A stretch of DNA of 64,000 nt from an uncultured Candidatus Sumerlaeota bacterium (GCA_964462565.1 CAYWYC010000001.1:5738-69737); one strand, 5' to 3'. Shown: positions 1-11,100, counted from the stretch's first letter. Notes: generated from the sequence alone by a model not told the origin. Translations and numbers: made by a program.

Positions 1-33
1 TGTCAATTCCCGGGGAGGAATGGTCTTTTTGAA

Positions 34-480
34 TTGATGGATGCATCGCGCTCTAAGAATATTTCACGAATGCTACTGGTCGGCCTGATCCTGATTATAA
101 CTACCGGCACGGCCTGTCGGCATTCGCGGATTCACAGGCTGGACGGAACCGATTATCCGCCGAAAGCATCCGATGCACCCATCGATACGTACGACACGCG
201 TCTCGACCGGCCCTACGAGGCGGTTGCTATTCTCGACTCCATCCGGATGGATAATTTTACCCCGGAGAACCAGCTTCGAATGCGGGAGAACCTGAAGGAA
301 ATGGCACGGGAGTTGGGCGCGGATGCGGTTCACGATATCCGATCTCTCGAGGTGAAAAAGCGCGGAGCCGTTTCCGATGAAGTGGTTCCGATTCCGGGTG
401 CCTGGCGCCAGGCGCGATACAAGCGATACTTTCTGCGAGGGGAAGCGGTTCGGTATTTGCCGGAAACGGATAAACAATAG
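34..480 (+). CDS. hypothetical lipoprotein (signal peptide with Cys near the N-terminus, no recognisable domain)
   Basis: N-terminus MMDASRSKNISRMLLVGLILIITTGTAC has a basic n-region, a hydrophobic h-region and a Cys (lipobox-like). The rest is hydrophilic and matches no family I recognise. Confidence 0.4.
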   Translation: MMDASRSKNISRMLLVGLILIITTGTACRHSRIHRLDGTDYPPKASDAPIDTYDTRLDRPYEAVAILDSIRMDNFTPENQLRMRENLKEMARELGADAVHDIRSLEVKKRGAVSDEVVPIPGAWRQARYKRYFLRGEAVRYLPETDKQ

Positions 481-523
481 AAGATTGAAGGCAAAATGTT
501 CATAGAAAAGGAATGGAGAAATT

Positions 524-1651
524 ATGGCTAAGAATTATAAGATTGCGGTAATCCCCGGTGACGGCACCGGTCCCGAGGTAACGGCGGAAGCCGTGAAGGT
601 GGCCCAGGCGGCGGCCCAAAAGTATGGCTTCACCATGGACCTGACGGAATACGATTTCGGCGGCGAGCGCTACATGCGCACGGGCGAAACGCTTCCCGAT
701 TCAGCCATCGAAGAACTCAAGGGCTACGACTCGATCCTGCTTGGCGCGATCGGCCATCCCGATGTGAAGCCGGGTATCCTGGAAAAGGGAATCCTGCTGA
801 AGGCCCGTTTTGCGATGGACCAGTACGTGAACCTGCGTCCCGTGAAACTCTACCCCGGCGTCCCGACTCCCTTGAAGGACGTGAAGCCGGAAGATATCGA
901 CTTTACCGTGGTCCGCGAAAACACGGAAGACCTTTACTGCGGCATGGGCGGTTTCAGCCACCAGGGCACCAAGGACGAAGTAGCCATCCAGACTTCCATG
1001 TACACCCGCATGGGCGTGGAACGTGCGGTGCGCTATGCCTTTGAATACTGCAAGAAAAAACACGCCGATAACCCCTGGCGAGGCCTGAGCGACGCTGACA
1101 AGGAAAAGGGCTACATCGGCCAGGTGACGCTGGTGGGCAAGACCAATGTGCTGACCTATGTCTATGACCTCTGGGAACGGACTTTCCACGAAGTGGGCGA
1201 AGCGGACTATCCCGAAATCAAGCGCGACTATAACCACGTGGACGCCTGCTGCATGTGGTTCGTGAAGAGCCCGCACTGGTACGACGTAATCGTAACGGGC
1301 AACATGTTCGGCGACATCATTACCGACTTGGGCGCCATGATCCAGGGCGGCATGGGCATTGCCGCCGGCGGTAACCTGAATCCTGAAGGTGTTTCCATGT
1401 TTGAGCCCATTGGCGGCTCGGCCCCGAAATACACCGGCCTGAACGTGATCAACCCCCTTGCCGCGATCTGCTCAGCCCAGATGATGTTTGACGCGGCCCT
1501 TGGCGAGACGCAGGCGGCCAAGGCCATCGAGGCATCCGTGATGGACGTTACGGGCAACAAACTGGAATCCATGGCTGCCGGACGCATGGGCTACTCCACG
1601 AGCGAAGTGGGCGACCTGGTTGTGGAAGGCGTCATGAATTACAAAGACTGA
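524..1651 (+). CDS. isocitrate/isopropylmalate dehydrogenase family enzyme (LeuB-like or tartrate dehydrogenase-like)
   Basis: KIAVIPGDGTGPEV N-terminal nucleotide-binding motif, NLRP motif, and a Gly-rich GGSAPKYTG segment typical of the beta-decarboxylating dehydrogenase family. Length 375 aa. No other leu genes are adjacent, so the exact substrate is not assigned. Confidence 0.8.
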   Translation: MAKNYKIAVIPGDGTGPEVTAEAVKVAQAAAQKYGFTMDLTEYDFGGERYMRTGETLPDSAIEELKGYDSILLGAIGHPDVKPGILEKGILLKARFAMDQYVNLRPVKLYPGVPTPLKDVKPEDIDFTVVRENTEDLYCGMGGFSHQGTKDEVAIQTSMYTRMGVERAVRYAFEYCKKKHADNPWRGLSDADKEKGYIGQVTLVGKTNVLTYVYDLWERTFHEVGEADYPEIKRDYNHVDACCMWFVKSPHWYDVIVTGNMFGDIITDLGAMIQGGMGIAAGGNLNPEGVSMFEPIGGSAPKYTGLNVINPLAAICSAQMMFDAALGETQAAKAIEASVMDVTGNKLESMAAGRMGYSTSEVGDLVVEGVMNYKD

Positions 1652-1686
1652 TTCGGCTGGAAAGTCGTGATTTTTGTTCATGAAGA

Positions 1687-1733
1687 AAAGGGCCTTGTCG
1701 CATTATTATGCGGCAGGGCCCTTGGGTTTTTTA
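1687..1733. terminator. bidirectional rho-independent terminator between convergent genes
   Basis: The ~16-bp stem AAGGGCCTTGTCGCAT / ATGCGGCAGGGCCCTT pairs with two G-U wobbles across a 4-nt loop. It is followed by GGGTTTTTT on the plus strand and preceded by an A-run (a U-run when read on the minus strand). It lies downstream of both the 524-1651 (+) and the 1771-2280 (-) genes. Confidence 0.5.
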
Positions 1734-1770
1734 TGAGGCTTCCCCGGTGTCGCTTGCAATCCGGAAATTA

Positions 1771-2280
1771 TTAAATATGAAATGAGCGAAAGCGGTGGAC
1801 GTTGGCTTGCCCGTCTGCATCGATGGGTTCTCGCGTCAGGCTGACGTTGGTGTAATAGGGATTGCCGGTAATTTCGCCATCCTCGCGAACCCAATCGGGA
1901 AAGTCGATATCGTAACTGCGGTAGGGCAATTCCACATCGGCGGTAATAAGGCCGGTGTTGCGCTTGCCGTAAACATCAATCTCCCAAACGAGATCAGCAT
2001 GGGGAACCCGATAACGTGTCTTCTCCAGCGGGGGCCACATGGCTAAGCTCTTCATGACCCGAATATCTCTTGCGGACATATCGTGCCTGGGAAACTCAAA
2101 CTCGTAACAATCGCCATCGCCCAGTACCTTCTTGATTCCGATGATGACCGTGGATTCGATAATGCGAAAGCGAACCTGGGGATCGGTCGAAAGATAGCCC
2201 TGGATAAAATGCTCGCCGTCAATGAGTTCCGGCAGGCGGTCCTTGTAAACCAGGAATTTTCGTTCCACTTCGATGGGCAT
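1771..2280 (-). CDS. CYTH-domain protein (CyaB/thiamine-triphosphatase-like triphosphate tunnel metalloenzyme)
   Basis: N-terminal EVERKFLV signature of the CYTH domain. Length 169 aa. Confidence 0.7.
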   Translation of the reverse strand: MPIEVERKFLVYKDRLPELIDGEHFIQGYLSTDPQVRFRIIESTVIIGIKKVLGDGDCYEFEFPRHDMSARDIRVMKSLAMWPPLEKTRYRVPHADLVWEIDVYGKRNTGLITADVELPYRSYDIDFPDWVREDGEITGNPYYTNVSLTREPIDADGQANVHRFRSFHI

Positions 2281-2308
2281 AGAATCGCTCCGTTTCGCGA
2301 AGGGTGGA

Positions 2309-4105
2309 TTAGTCCGTCTTGAGGACCGAAAGGAAAGCCTCCTGGGGAACCGTTACGGATCCAACCTGCTTCATGCGCTTCTTTCCGGCCTTTTGTTTTT
2401 CAAGCAGTTTACGTTTTCGCGTAATGTCGCCGCCGTAGCACTTGGAAGTCACATCTTTGCGCAGGGCGCTGATGGTTTCGCGGGCAATGATCTTGCCACC
2501 GATAGCCGCCTGAATGGGAATCTTGAACTGGTGCTTGGGAATGGTTTCCTTGAGTTTCTCGGCAGCCTGCCGGCCTCGATATTCCGCCTGGCTTTGATGG
2601 ACCAGACAGGACAAGGCATCCACAATTTCACCATTTACCAGGATATCAAGCCGCACTATATCCGATTCCGCGTAGCCGATTTGTTCGTAGTTGAAAGAAG
2701 CAAAGCCTTGGCTCACAGACTTCAGGCGGTCATGAAAATCAATAATGATCTCAGCCAGCGGCATTTCGAAGGTGAGCATCGCCTGTCCCTGATGAGGGAA
2801 GGCCAGTTTTTTTTGGGTACCCCGTTTATCATGGCACAGCTGCAGTACATTGCCCAGATAATCGGCAGGAGTCAGAATATTAACTTCCACAATAGGTTCT
2901 TCAATGCGTTCAATACTTCCGACTGGCGGCATGTGCGATGGATTGTCAACCGTGACCATTGCACCATCAGCCTTGTAAACATGATAGACCACACTGGGGA
3001 CTGTGGTGATCAGGCTGGTATCGAACTCGCGTTCGAGACGCTGCTGGATAATTTCCATATGCAGCAGGCCCAGAAAACCACAACGAAACCCAAAGCCCAA
3101 AGCCAGCGATGATTCAGCCTCACAAAAGAAAGAACCGTCATTCAACTGCAACTTTTCGACGGAATCACGCAGACTGTCATACTCATCGGCGTCCACGGGA
3201 TAGAACCCGGCGAAGACGACGGGCTTCACTTCCTTGTAGCCGGGAAGGGCTTTGACGGCGCGCTTGCGATAATGGGTAACTGTGTCGCCCACGCGCACGG
3301 ATCGAATGTCCTTGATCGAGGCAATAATATACCCCACCTCGCCCACACCAAGACTTTTCATCTCCTTCATGGTCGGCTCAAAGACGCCGATCTCATCGAC
3401 TTCATATCTGGCGTTGCTGGCCATGAGGACGATGTCATCGCCCTTTTTGATCTCGCCGCTTCGCACCACACAGAAAAGCATGACACCGCGATAGTTGTCA
3501 AAGACGGAATCGAAGATGAGGGCGCGGAGTTCATCTTCCTTGCTTACGGGAGGCGGCGGAATGCGCTGGACGATGGCTTCCATAATTTCTTCGACGCCCA
3601 GGCCCGTTTTTGCGGAACAGAGATAGGCCTCTGAGGCATCAATGCCGATAACTTCCTCGATCTGGGCCTTAACCTCATCGGGTTGGGCGCTGGGCAGGTC
3701 CACTTTGTTAATGATTGGAATGATTTCCAGATCGTGCTCCAGGGCCATATAGACGTTGGCCAGCGTCTGAGCCTCAACCCCCTGAGCCGCGTCCACGACG
3801 AGCAGGGCTCCTTCGCAGGCCGCCAGGCTTCGGGATACCTCGTAGGTGAAGTCCACGTGGCCGGGGGTGTCAATCAGGTTGAAATGATAAAGCTTGCCAT
3901 CGCTTGCCTTGTGCGGAATGCGAACGGCCTGCGCCTTGATGGTAATGCCGCGTTCGCGCTCCAGATCAAGGCGGTCGAGATATTGCTCTCGCATTTCGCG
4001 CTGGCTGAGAACGCCGGATTTTTCCAAAATTCGGTCGGCCAGTGTCGATTTGCCATGATCGATATGGGCAATGATACAGAAGTTTCTGATTTTACTGATG
4101 TCCAT
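2309..4105 (-). CDS. lepA: elongation factor 4 (LepA)
   Basis: [21 protein letters not shown]1 motif, DTPGHVDF, and the characteristic LepA C-terminal domain. Length 598 aa. Confidence 0.95.
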   Translation of the reverse strand: MDISKIRNFCIIAHIDHGKSTLADRILEKSGVLSQREMREQYLDRLDLERERGITIKAQAVRIPHKASDGKLYHFNLIDTPGHVDFTYEVSRSLAACEGALLVVDAAQGVEAQTLANVYMALEHDLEIIPIINKVDLPSAQPDEVKAQIEEVIGIDASEAYLCSAKTGLGVEEIMEAIVQRIPPPPVSKEDELRALIFDSVFDNYRGVMLFCVVRSGEIKKGDDIVLMASNARYEVDEIGVFEPTMKEMKSLGVGEVGYIIASIKDIRSVRVGDTVTHYRKRAVKALPGYKEVKPVVFAGFYPVDADEYDSLRDSVEKLQLNDGSFFCEAESSLALGFGFRCGFLGLLHMEIIQQRLEREFDTSLITTVPSVVYHVYKADGAMVTVDNPSHMPPVGSIERIEEPIVEVNILTPADYLGNVLQLCHDKRGTQKKLAFPHQGQAMLTFEMPLAEIIIDFHDRLKSVSQGFASFNYEQIGYAESDIVRLDILVNGEIVDALSCLVHQSQAEYRGRQAAEKLKETIPKHQFKIPIQAAIGGKIIARETISALRKDVTSKCYGGDITRKRKLLEKQKAGKKRMKQVGSVTVPQEAFLSVLKTD

Positions 4106-4121
4106 TTATTATTGGGCCGGA

Positions 4122-5312
4122 TTATCCCAGCCAATCCTTCTTGATCTCTTGCAGACGATCTCCGAATTTTTCAAAGAGCGAACGCTTGTCCCCCTTTACG
4201 GCATGACCTTCTTCCTCGGACAGCTGCTGCAGAAGTTCCTTCTGGCGCTGGTTCAAGGATTTGGGGGTAAATATAATAACGCGAACATATTGGTCTCCAC
4301 GGTCTTCAGGACGGCGTCCCGTATGGGGCATGCCCAGATTGCGCATGCGAAAAACCTGGTGTGTCTGTGTGCCTGCCGGGATTTTCAATTTGGTGGTAGA
4401 ATCAATTGTCGGAACTTCAATCTCATCGCCAAGCGCCGCCTGCGAAAAGGTGATGGGTACCTCGCAGTAAAGGTCATCATCGCGACGGGTAAAAAACTCG
4501 TGCTCTTTCACATGGAGCGCAATATAAAGATCGCCACGCCCCGCGCCATTGGCGCCGGCTTCCCCCTCGCCCATGAGCCGAAGCTGCATGCCATCGGATA
4601 CACCGGCGGGGATATTGACCGTGATGTGGGCCGTGTTTGCTTCCAGGCCCCGCCCATCGCAATCTTCGCAGGGTGTCGAGATCATCTGCCCCCTGCCGGA
4701 ACAGGCCGTGCATGTGGAAACCATGGCAAAGAAGCCCTGGCTCACGCGCACCTGGCCACTCCCGCCACAATGATGGCAGGTGGTGGGCGAGGTTCCCGGT
4801 TTGCATCCTGAGCCGCCGCATGTCTCACAAGGCTCATTGCGCTTGATCTTGACTTCCGCTTCCTTGCCCTCAAAGGCTTCTTCCAGGCTCAACGAATAGC
4901 GCACCCGCAGGTCGTTTCCCCGTGCCGGCCCACGTCTTCTGCCGCCACGGCTTCCACTGAAGCCTCCGCCAAAAAAGGAATTGATAAAGTCGCCAAAAAT
5001 ATCTTCGATATCTCCGGCATGAGAAAAATCGTCCCAGGAGAAGCCTCCGTGACTGAAGGAACCCTGGACGCCTTCATAGCCGAATCGGTCGTATCTCGCC
5101 CGTTTTTCAGTATCGGAAAGCACTTCGTAGGCTTCCGAGACTTCCTTGAACTTCGCTTCGGCTTCCGGATTGTCCCGGTTGCGGTCGGGGTGATACTTGA
5201 GCGCCATCTTACGGTATGCTTTTTTTATCTCTTCGGCGCTTGCCGTGCGCTCCACTCCCAAGTCTTGATAATAGTCTTTTTCGGCCATAATCGAGTCGAA
5301 TCCACTCTCCAT
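4122..5312 (-). CDS. dnaJ: molecular chaperone DnaJ
   Basis: J-domain with HPDRN, a G/F-rich region, and four CxxCxGxG zinc-finger repeats. It sits 17 bp upstream of lepA on the same strand. Confidence 0.95.
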   Translation of the reverse strand: MESGFDSIMAEKDYYQDLGVERTASAEEIKKAYRKMALKYHPDRNRDNPEAEAKFKEVSEAYEVLSDTEKRARYDRFGYEGVQGSFSHGGFSWDDFSHAGDIEDIFGDFINSFFGGGFSGSRGGRRRGPARGNDLRVRYSLSLEEAFEGKEAEVKIKRNEPCETCGGSGCKPGTSPTTCHHCGGSGQVRVSQGFFAMVSTCTACSGRGQMISTPCEDCDGRGLEANTAHITVNIPAGVSDGMQLRLMGEGEAGANGAGRGDLYIALHVKEHEFFTRRDDDLYCEVPITFSQAALGDEIEVPTIDSTTKLKIPAGTQTHQVFRMRNLGMPHTGRRPEDRGDQYVRVIIFTPKSLNQRQKELLQQLSEEEGHAVKGDKRSLFEKFGDRLQEIKKDWLG

Positions 5313-5412
5313 TTGTCGTCATTCGGGTCATCCCTTAGACCCTCAGCCGGATATTTTTGCATTCAATCGTCTTTTCCGCAAGTATTTTCCGGTTTTCATT
5401 TCGCCAAGTGGC

Positions 5413-6150
5413 TCAGAACCACGGAGAACCCGATGCCCGGCGGATATGCAAATCGTCGATCACGCTTTTACCCTTGAACTGCAAAAGAAAGAGAATGAGC
5501 TCGGCGATTTCTTCCGGGCGCATCAGGATATCCTTGTCCAAATCGGGCCGCGCCTGTTCGACCATGTCCGTATCCACGCCGCCGGGGCAAAGCGTGTGTA
5601 CGCGAATCCCGTAATCCTGGACTTCCTGGGCCAAGGTCTTGGAATAACCCATCATGGCATGTTTGCTGGCGGCATAGATGCTCTGGTTGACATAGCCCTT
5701 GATGCCGACGACGGAGGCAATATTGATGATAAAACCACCGCCCGCCTTGCGCATGGGACAGATGGCGTCGCGACACAGGAAAAATGGCGCGCGCGCGTTG
5801 ATACGCATCATTTGGTCCCATTCATCGGGCTGGGCCTTTTCCACGGGGCCATATATGCCGATTCCCGCATTATTGATCAAAATATCCAGACAGCCAAAGG
5901 TCTCGATAACGCGCGGAACGATCTTGAGCAAATCCTCGTCTTTGCCCAAATCAACCTGCAGGCAAAAGGCCTCGGTTCCTGCGTTTTGAATCTCTTGCGC
6001 CACCGATTCCAGCTTCTCCCGGTTGCGTGCCGCCAGGACCACCTTCGCACCTGCCTTGCCCAAGGCCAGCGCGACAGCTTTTCCGATCCCCCGGCTTGCG
6101 CCGGTTACCAACGCTACTTTCCCATCCAGAAATTTCCCATAATCGGCCAT
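5413..6150 (-). CDS. short-chain dehydrogenase/reductase (SDR, 3-oxoacyl-ACP reductase-like)
   Basis: VALVTGASRGIGKAVA Rossmann motif and the YAASKHA catalytic Y-x3-K. The start is moved to the internal MADYGKF Met (6150), which is the first Met before the Rossmann fold. Confidence 0.85.
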   Translation of the reverse strand: MADYGKFLDGKVALVTGASRGIGKAVALALGKAGAKVVLAARNREKLESVAQEIQNAGTEAFCLQVDLGKDEDLLKIVPRVIETFGCLDILINNAGIGIYGPVEKAQPDEWDQMMRINARAPFFLCRDAICPMRKAGGGFIINIASVVGIKGYVNQSIYAASKHAMMGYSKTLAQEVQDYGIRVHTLCPGGVDTDMVEQARPDLDKDILMRPEEIAELILFLLQFKGKSVIDDLHIRRASGSPWF

Positions 6151-6190
6151 GAATCTGTTTCCTTTCTCCATTTCTGAAAATCTATTCAAA

Positions 6191-7174
6191 ATGCCTTGCC
6201 CGAACAAACAAATCAAGGATGGAATGCGCTTGCTTTCCTTTTCATTTTCCGGTAAATCATTAACGAATCATGATGAAAGGATAATTATCATCGCTCTCAT
6301 CGCTTTTTTCCTGTACCTGCTATTCATCGTATGGGCTTTCGTGGATATTTTCAGAAACGGCTTTCCCCGATGGCGCGATTTTTTATGGCCTTTCCTGCTT
6401 GCCCTGCTTGTGATGCTGCTTTCATTCCCCGCTGTTATTGGCATAAGCGTAACCGCACCCGATACGGAAAAACGCATCATCCATCTGGGCGGTCTCATCA
6501 GTTGGCTGATTCTTTATGCCTTTCCCGCTTCCGTCTTTTTGCTGGCCATGATACGCATAAATCGGAGAATCCGCCGATGCCATATTCCCCATCCCATGCA
6601 GCTGACCCGGCGGCTCTATCTGAAATTAAAAAACCTGGATGTGATGCAGTACTACCCGATTCGGCTCAATTTTCTGGAGGCATTTCTTTATCTTTCGGGA
6701 ATGATTGTTTCATCGCTCATATGGCTGCAGATCTCGGTGCACCAGTTCGATGCGCAAATGCATGAACTTTTGCGTATGAACCTGCCCAGCGATCCGAATG
6801 ATCTCGACGCGACAACGCTGTTTCACCTTTTGCCGCTTCTGCTGCTGGCGCCGCTACTGGAAGAGATCGTCTATCGCGGTTATATCCAGGATCGCGTGTT
6901 GCTCTACTTGCGCAGCAAACGAATCGCCTCAGGAGCCATACAAATCCTGCTTGCCGCTTCCATTGCTTCCTGCGTATGGGCCTTTCAGCACGTGGGAATG
7001 ATCGAGCCGGAATTCGTGAAATTCGTTCAGATTTTTATGATCGGAATTTTTCTCGGCTTGGCGCGGATGCGGCTGGGGCTGGAAGCGTGTATCCTGCTGC
7101 ATTTTTTATTCAATTGCTCAAGCGCACTCATAACCCCGAAAGAATTGATAGGTTTTATGGGTATGTTTTTCTGA
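6191..7174 (+). CDS. CPBP-family intramembrane metalloprotease (CAAX protease/Abi-like), multi-pass membrane protein
   Basis: Conserved LEEIVYRGY (EExxxR) and FQH...LLHFLFN (HxxxN) CPBP motifs in the C-terminal half. Several predicted TM helices. The start is uncertain; the ORF track starts at 6149, overlapping the divergent SDR start codon, and internal Mets lie at 6191 and 6224. Confidence 0.6.
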   Translation: MPCPNKQIKDGMRLLSFSFSGKSLTNHDERIIIIALIAFFLYLLFIVWAFVDIFRNGFPRWRDFLWPFLLALLVMLLSFPAVIGISVTAPDTEKRIIHLGGLISWLILYAFPASVFLLAMIRINRRIRRCHIPHPMQLTRRLYLKLKNLDVMQYYPIRLNFLEAFLYLSGMIVSSLIWLQISVHQFDAQMHELLRMNLPSDPNDLDATTLFHLLPLLLLAPLLEEIVYRGYIQDRVLLYLRSKRIASGAIQILLAASIASCVWAFQHVGMIEPEFVKFVQIFMIGIFLGLARMRLGLEACILLHFLFNCSSALITPKELIGFMGMFF

Positions 7175-7178
7175 ATCC

Positions 7179-7775
7179 CTAAAGAACAGCCAGCCAGGCA
7201 ATCTGCATGGAGAGACCCGCTCCAACGGGGATCAGAAAATTGTCGTCGATTTTGAAATTCTGCACTTCAAGAATCGTCGTAACCAGGGCCCCCATAAGAA
7301 TCAACCACATAGGCAAGCCCAGCACAAAAAAGCCGATTCCTGTTCCAATAAAAATACACGCCAGAAAACAGGCAATGCTGCCTTCCAGGCTTTTTCCCTG
7401 GCCGGGTATTTTGTGCCGGCCGAATGGCTTTCCGATCAGAGCCGCAAGGGGATCCCCAATTGCCAAAAAGCACATGGCCACGATAGCCAACTCTCGCTGG
7501 AACAAGAGAATGGTCAGAAAGTAGCCAATCTGCATCCCTGCCTGGCCGCAGAGGTTACGGGTCTCATATTCTTTGAACTGGATAGGGATGGTCGATTGAA
7601 TCCAGGCCTGGAGCGCCGGGTTTGAAAGACGGGCTGCCTCCAGGATCAGGATAAAAGACATCATCATGAAAGAGATGCCCAGCATGGAAGGCCGTTCCAG
7701 GAAGAGGTACAAACAGGGCGTCAACATGCCACCGAAAATATGGTAAACCTTCCTGAGCACTTCTTTTTTATCCAT
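7179..7775 (-). CDS. polytopic membrane CTP-dependent lipid kinase / cytidylyltransferase-like protein (CdsA/DolK/VTE5 superfamily)
   Basis: GDPLAALIGKPFGRHK...KSLEGSIA motif resembles the CTP-binding signature of phytol/dolichol kinase and CdsA-like proteins. The protein is strongly hydrophobic throughout. Confidence 0.45.
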   Translation of the reverse strand: MDKKEVLRKVYHIFGGMLTPCLYLFLERPSMLGISFMMMSFILILEAARLSNPALQAWIQSTIPIQFKEYETRNLCGQAGMQIGYFLTILLFQRELAIVAMCFLAIGDPLAALIGKPFGRHKIPGQGKSLEGSIACFLACIFIGTGIGFFVLGLPMWLILMGALVTTILEVQNFKIDDNFLIPVGAGLSMQIAWLAVL

Positions 7776-7810
7776 TACCGGCCCTGCTTTTCTAATGCTT
7801 TATGGCTGAA

Positions 7811-7875
7811 CATAAGTTTGGCTGGATTGCTGGAACCCAAGAGATCGGCCCATTCCGTTCCAACCAGCAATCCAG
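7811..7875. repeat. perfect 14-bp inverted repeat (GGCTGGATTGCTGG ... CCAGCAATCCAGCC) with a ~37-nt spacer, extendable by GGAAC/GTTCC
   Basis: Read directly from the sequence. It lies in the divergent intergenic region between the 7179-7775 (-) gene and mfd (+). Confidence 0.6.
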
Positions 7876-8172
7876 CCATTAAAATAGCTAACGCTTGCAC
7901 TAGCAATACGCTAACATCTTTAACTATAATAAAGAATCTCCTCATATGCAAGATCAAATCCGAGTGATATTGATTCGCATCCGCCAGCGAATTGCCTCAA
8001 TCATTTGCTGAGCAAATCCCAGAAAGACAGATTTTTGCTGGCAATCATCCTATCGGCATTCTATCATGTTATCTAAATCCTTTAACGGACCTTTGTTCAG
8101 GGAATATTGCGTCCGTTAAGGGCTAATTGTGTTTTGAAGATCGAACGAAAGCGATTTCTTGCGGTAACCTGT

Positions 8173-11100
8173 ATGCCCGATTCCTATCAACAGCAAATTC
8201 TGGATCAAGTCGATATTTCGCATGCTTTTCAAAAGCTGGCGGCGCAAAGCCATGAAGCCGGTGAATACGCGCGCTTGCTGAACCTGAGCGGCAGCGCACG
8301 CGCCCTGGTCATCGCGCGTCTGCAACAACGCTTGCAGCGCCCAGTCCTGGTCGTCACATCTTCGGCCGAGGAGTCGGAAAGCTGGTACGAAGACTTTATG
8401 CATTTCGGCGCTGAAGGACTCCATCATTTCCCCATGACGGAAACGCTGCCTTTTGAGGCGCAGGAGCCGATTGTCGAAATAGCGGCGCGACAGTATTCTT
8501 CACTCTATTATTTGCGTCGCGGCGAAAAGGCAGACAATACCAACGCCCCCGCCGACCGCGAGAATCCCCCGGCTGCTCCCCCATCCCTGATCGTTGCACC
8601 GCTCGAAGCACTCCATCGCAAAATCGCAGCGCCCGAGGCCTTCGACAAAATGCACTTCACCATGTGGTGGGGCGAACGCATGGATCTGGACACTATCCTG
8701 CACCGGCTCATCGACATGGGCTACGAGCGCCAGGCCATGGTGGAGGCCCGCGGGGAATTCAGTGTGCGGGGACATATCATTGATATCTACTCCCCCCAGT
8801 TTGAGTATCCGGTTCGCTTCGATTTGTTTGATGATGAAATCGAGTCGATGCGATTCTTTTCACCAGCCACGCAACGCTCCTTGCCCGATGGCAATGAACT
8901 CGAACGGGTCACGATTTTGCCCGTCTCAATCCAGGAAGCGGCAAACCGGCTGGGACGGGAAAGCCAGGACGATCCCGGTGCGCCGCGCCTGATTTCGCTG
9001 CTTGACTGGCTGGCTGAGGACGCGATTGTCGTGCTCGATTCTCCGGAAAAATATGACAAGACTCTCGAACAACTCGACGGCATTACGATTCGGCGCTACC
9101 GCGAACTCACCGGCGATGAACCAATGTCCGATACGGTGGAATTTACTGAACCCAATGTCGTCGACATCCCCGACGCAAGTAACGTGTTGCCGCCGGACGT
9201 CTTCTTCCTGACCGGCCGGGACCTTCAGCAACGCTTTAACGAATTCGCGCAAGTACTGATTCCCCAGCTGCGCATCGACAACATGAACGCGACGGGAGAT
9301 TATGATTTCGGCGTGCAGGCCTACGACACACTTCCGCCCGACCTGGATGCTTATATCTCGCTGATCCGCAGCCGCCAGCAGCAGGATTATTTTATCCATA
9401 TCATCTGCGACAACGAAGGTCAGGTGATGCGCCTCGACGAGATGATGCGGGAAAACGACATCGATTCGCTTCAGGTGATTCCGCCCAAAGAAAAGAAATC
9501 GGATAACGACAAAAACCGCAAACTCTATTCGAACCAGATAAGCCCGAAAGAATTCAAGCGGCGCAAACTGCTCGAAGGCTATCAGGAAATCGCTATTTCC
9601 ATCGGCCTCATGCACACGGGCTTCATCTTCCCCGACGCACGACTCCTGATCGTTACCGACCGCGAGATGTTCGGACGCTACAAGCGCCGCCATGTTTATC
9701 GCAAGGCCTATAAGGGACGTCCCATCTCGGGCCCCGGCGATATCCAACGGGGCGATTATATCGTCCACATGGATCATGGGGTGGGACGCTATCTCGGCAT
9801 TCGCCAGCAGAAGATCGACGGGCAGAGGACAGAACTGCTCGATGTAGAATATGCCGAGGGCAACAAACTGCTCGTTCCGATCGAAAACGTGGGCCGCATC
9901 CAGAAGTATTCTTCAACGGAAGGCTCCGTGCCCGCTTTGGATCGGCTGGGCGGCACACGCTGGCAGAAGCGGAAGAAGAAGTCGCAGGAACAGATCGAAA
10001 AAATGGCGGAGGAACTCCTGCAAATATATGCCCAGCGCGAAGCGGCCCAGGGCCATGCCTTCAATCCCGATACCGTTTGGATGACGGAATTCGAAGAGTC
10101 CTTCCTCTACCAGGAAACACCGGACCAGATGAAGGCCATCGAGGAAATCAAGAACGACATGGCCAAGCCCAAGCCCATGGACCGCCTTCTCTGCGGCGAC
10201 GTGGGCTTCGGCAAGACGGAAGTGGCGATTCGCGCCGTTTTCAAATGCGTGGAAGAAGGCAAGCAGGTAGCTGTGCTGGTACCAACCACGATTCTTGCCC
10301 AGCAGCACTACACAAACTTCAAGGAACGCTTTGCCGACTATCCCTTCAAAATCGATATGATCAGCCGATTCCGGACGGCGGCCGAACAGCGCGAGGTAAT
10401 CAAAAAACTGCGCGTCAATGATGTGAATATCGTCATCGGTACGCATCGCCTTTTGTCTCAGGATGTTAAATTCGCCGACCTGGGCCTGCTGGTTGTGGAC
10501 GAGGAGCATCGCTTTGGCGTGAAGCAAAAGGAGAAGATCAAGGCGTTGCGGGCCTCCGTGGATATCCTGACGCTCTCGGCCACGCCTATTCCGCGCACCC
10601 TGCACATGGCCTTGAGCGGCCTGCGCGACATGAGCACAATCAACACGCCCCCACGAGACCGTCTTCCGATCCGGACCTCAGTCATTCGCTTCAAGGCCCA
10701 CGAAATTGAAGAGGCTGTCATGCGCGAGTTGAACCGTGGCGGTCAGATTTATTTTGTCCATAACCGCGTGCAGAATATCCACCAGGTGGCCGAGCAGATT
10801 CAGGAAATCATCCCCCAGGCACGCATCGCCATCGGCCACGGCCAGATGCCGGAGCGGGAACTCGAAAAGATCATGTTCGACTTCATCGACCGCAAGCACG
10901 ACATCCTGCTGGCGACGACGATTATCGAAAGCGGGCTCGATATTCCGAACGTAAACACGATCATCATCAACCGGGCCGATGCCTTCGGCCTTGCCCAGCT
11001 TTACCAGCTGCGCGGACGTGTGGGACGTGACGTAAAACGCGCCTATGCCTACCTGATCGTCCCCGAAGGCCATGCCATCACCGACACGGCCATCAAACGC

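Noticed and set aside
1795-2046. Antisense or overlapping small ORFs inside well-supported genes. These include 1795-2046 (+), 2273-3112 (+), 3683-4144 (+), 4071-4811 (+), 8926-9777 (-), 9913-10605 (-), 16530-17615 (+), 18126-18911 (+), 23601-24548 (+), 29041-30297 (+), 30432-31601 (+), 32217-33194 (+), 33962-35035 (-), 35561-36469 (+), 43678-44553 (+), 45120-46091 (+), 49403-50008 (+), 50350-51273 (+), 52073-53686 (+), 56981-58489 (+), among others.
   Set aside because: Each lies wholly within, and antisense or out of frame to, a gene with strong family-specific motifs. They have no RBS, and their low-complexity composition is typical of shadow ORFs in GC-rich DNA.
7740-7967. Two overlapping small ORFs (75 aa + and 60 aa -) in the 7776-8106 intergenic region
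   Set aside because: They are created by the 14-bp perfect inverted repeat, and reading through a palindrome gives ORFs on both strands. There is no RBS and no domain similarity.
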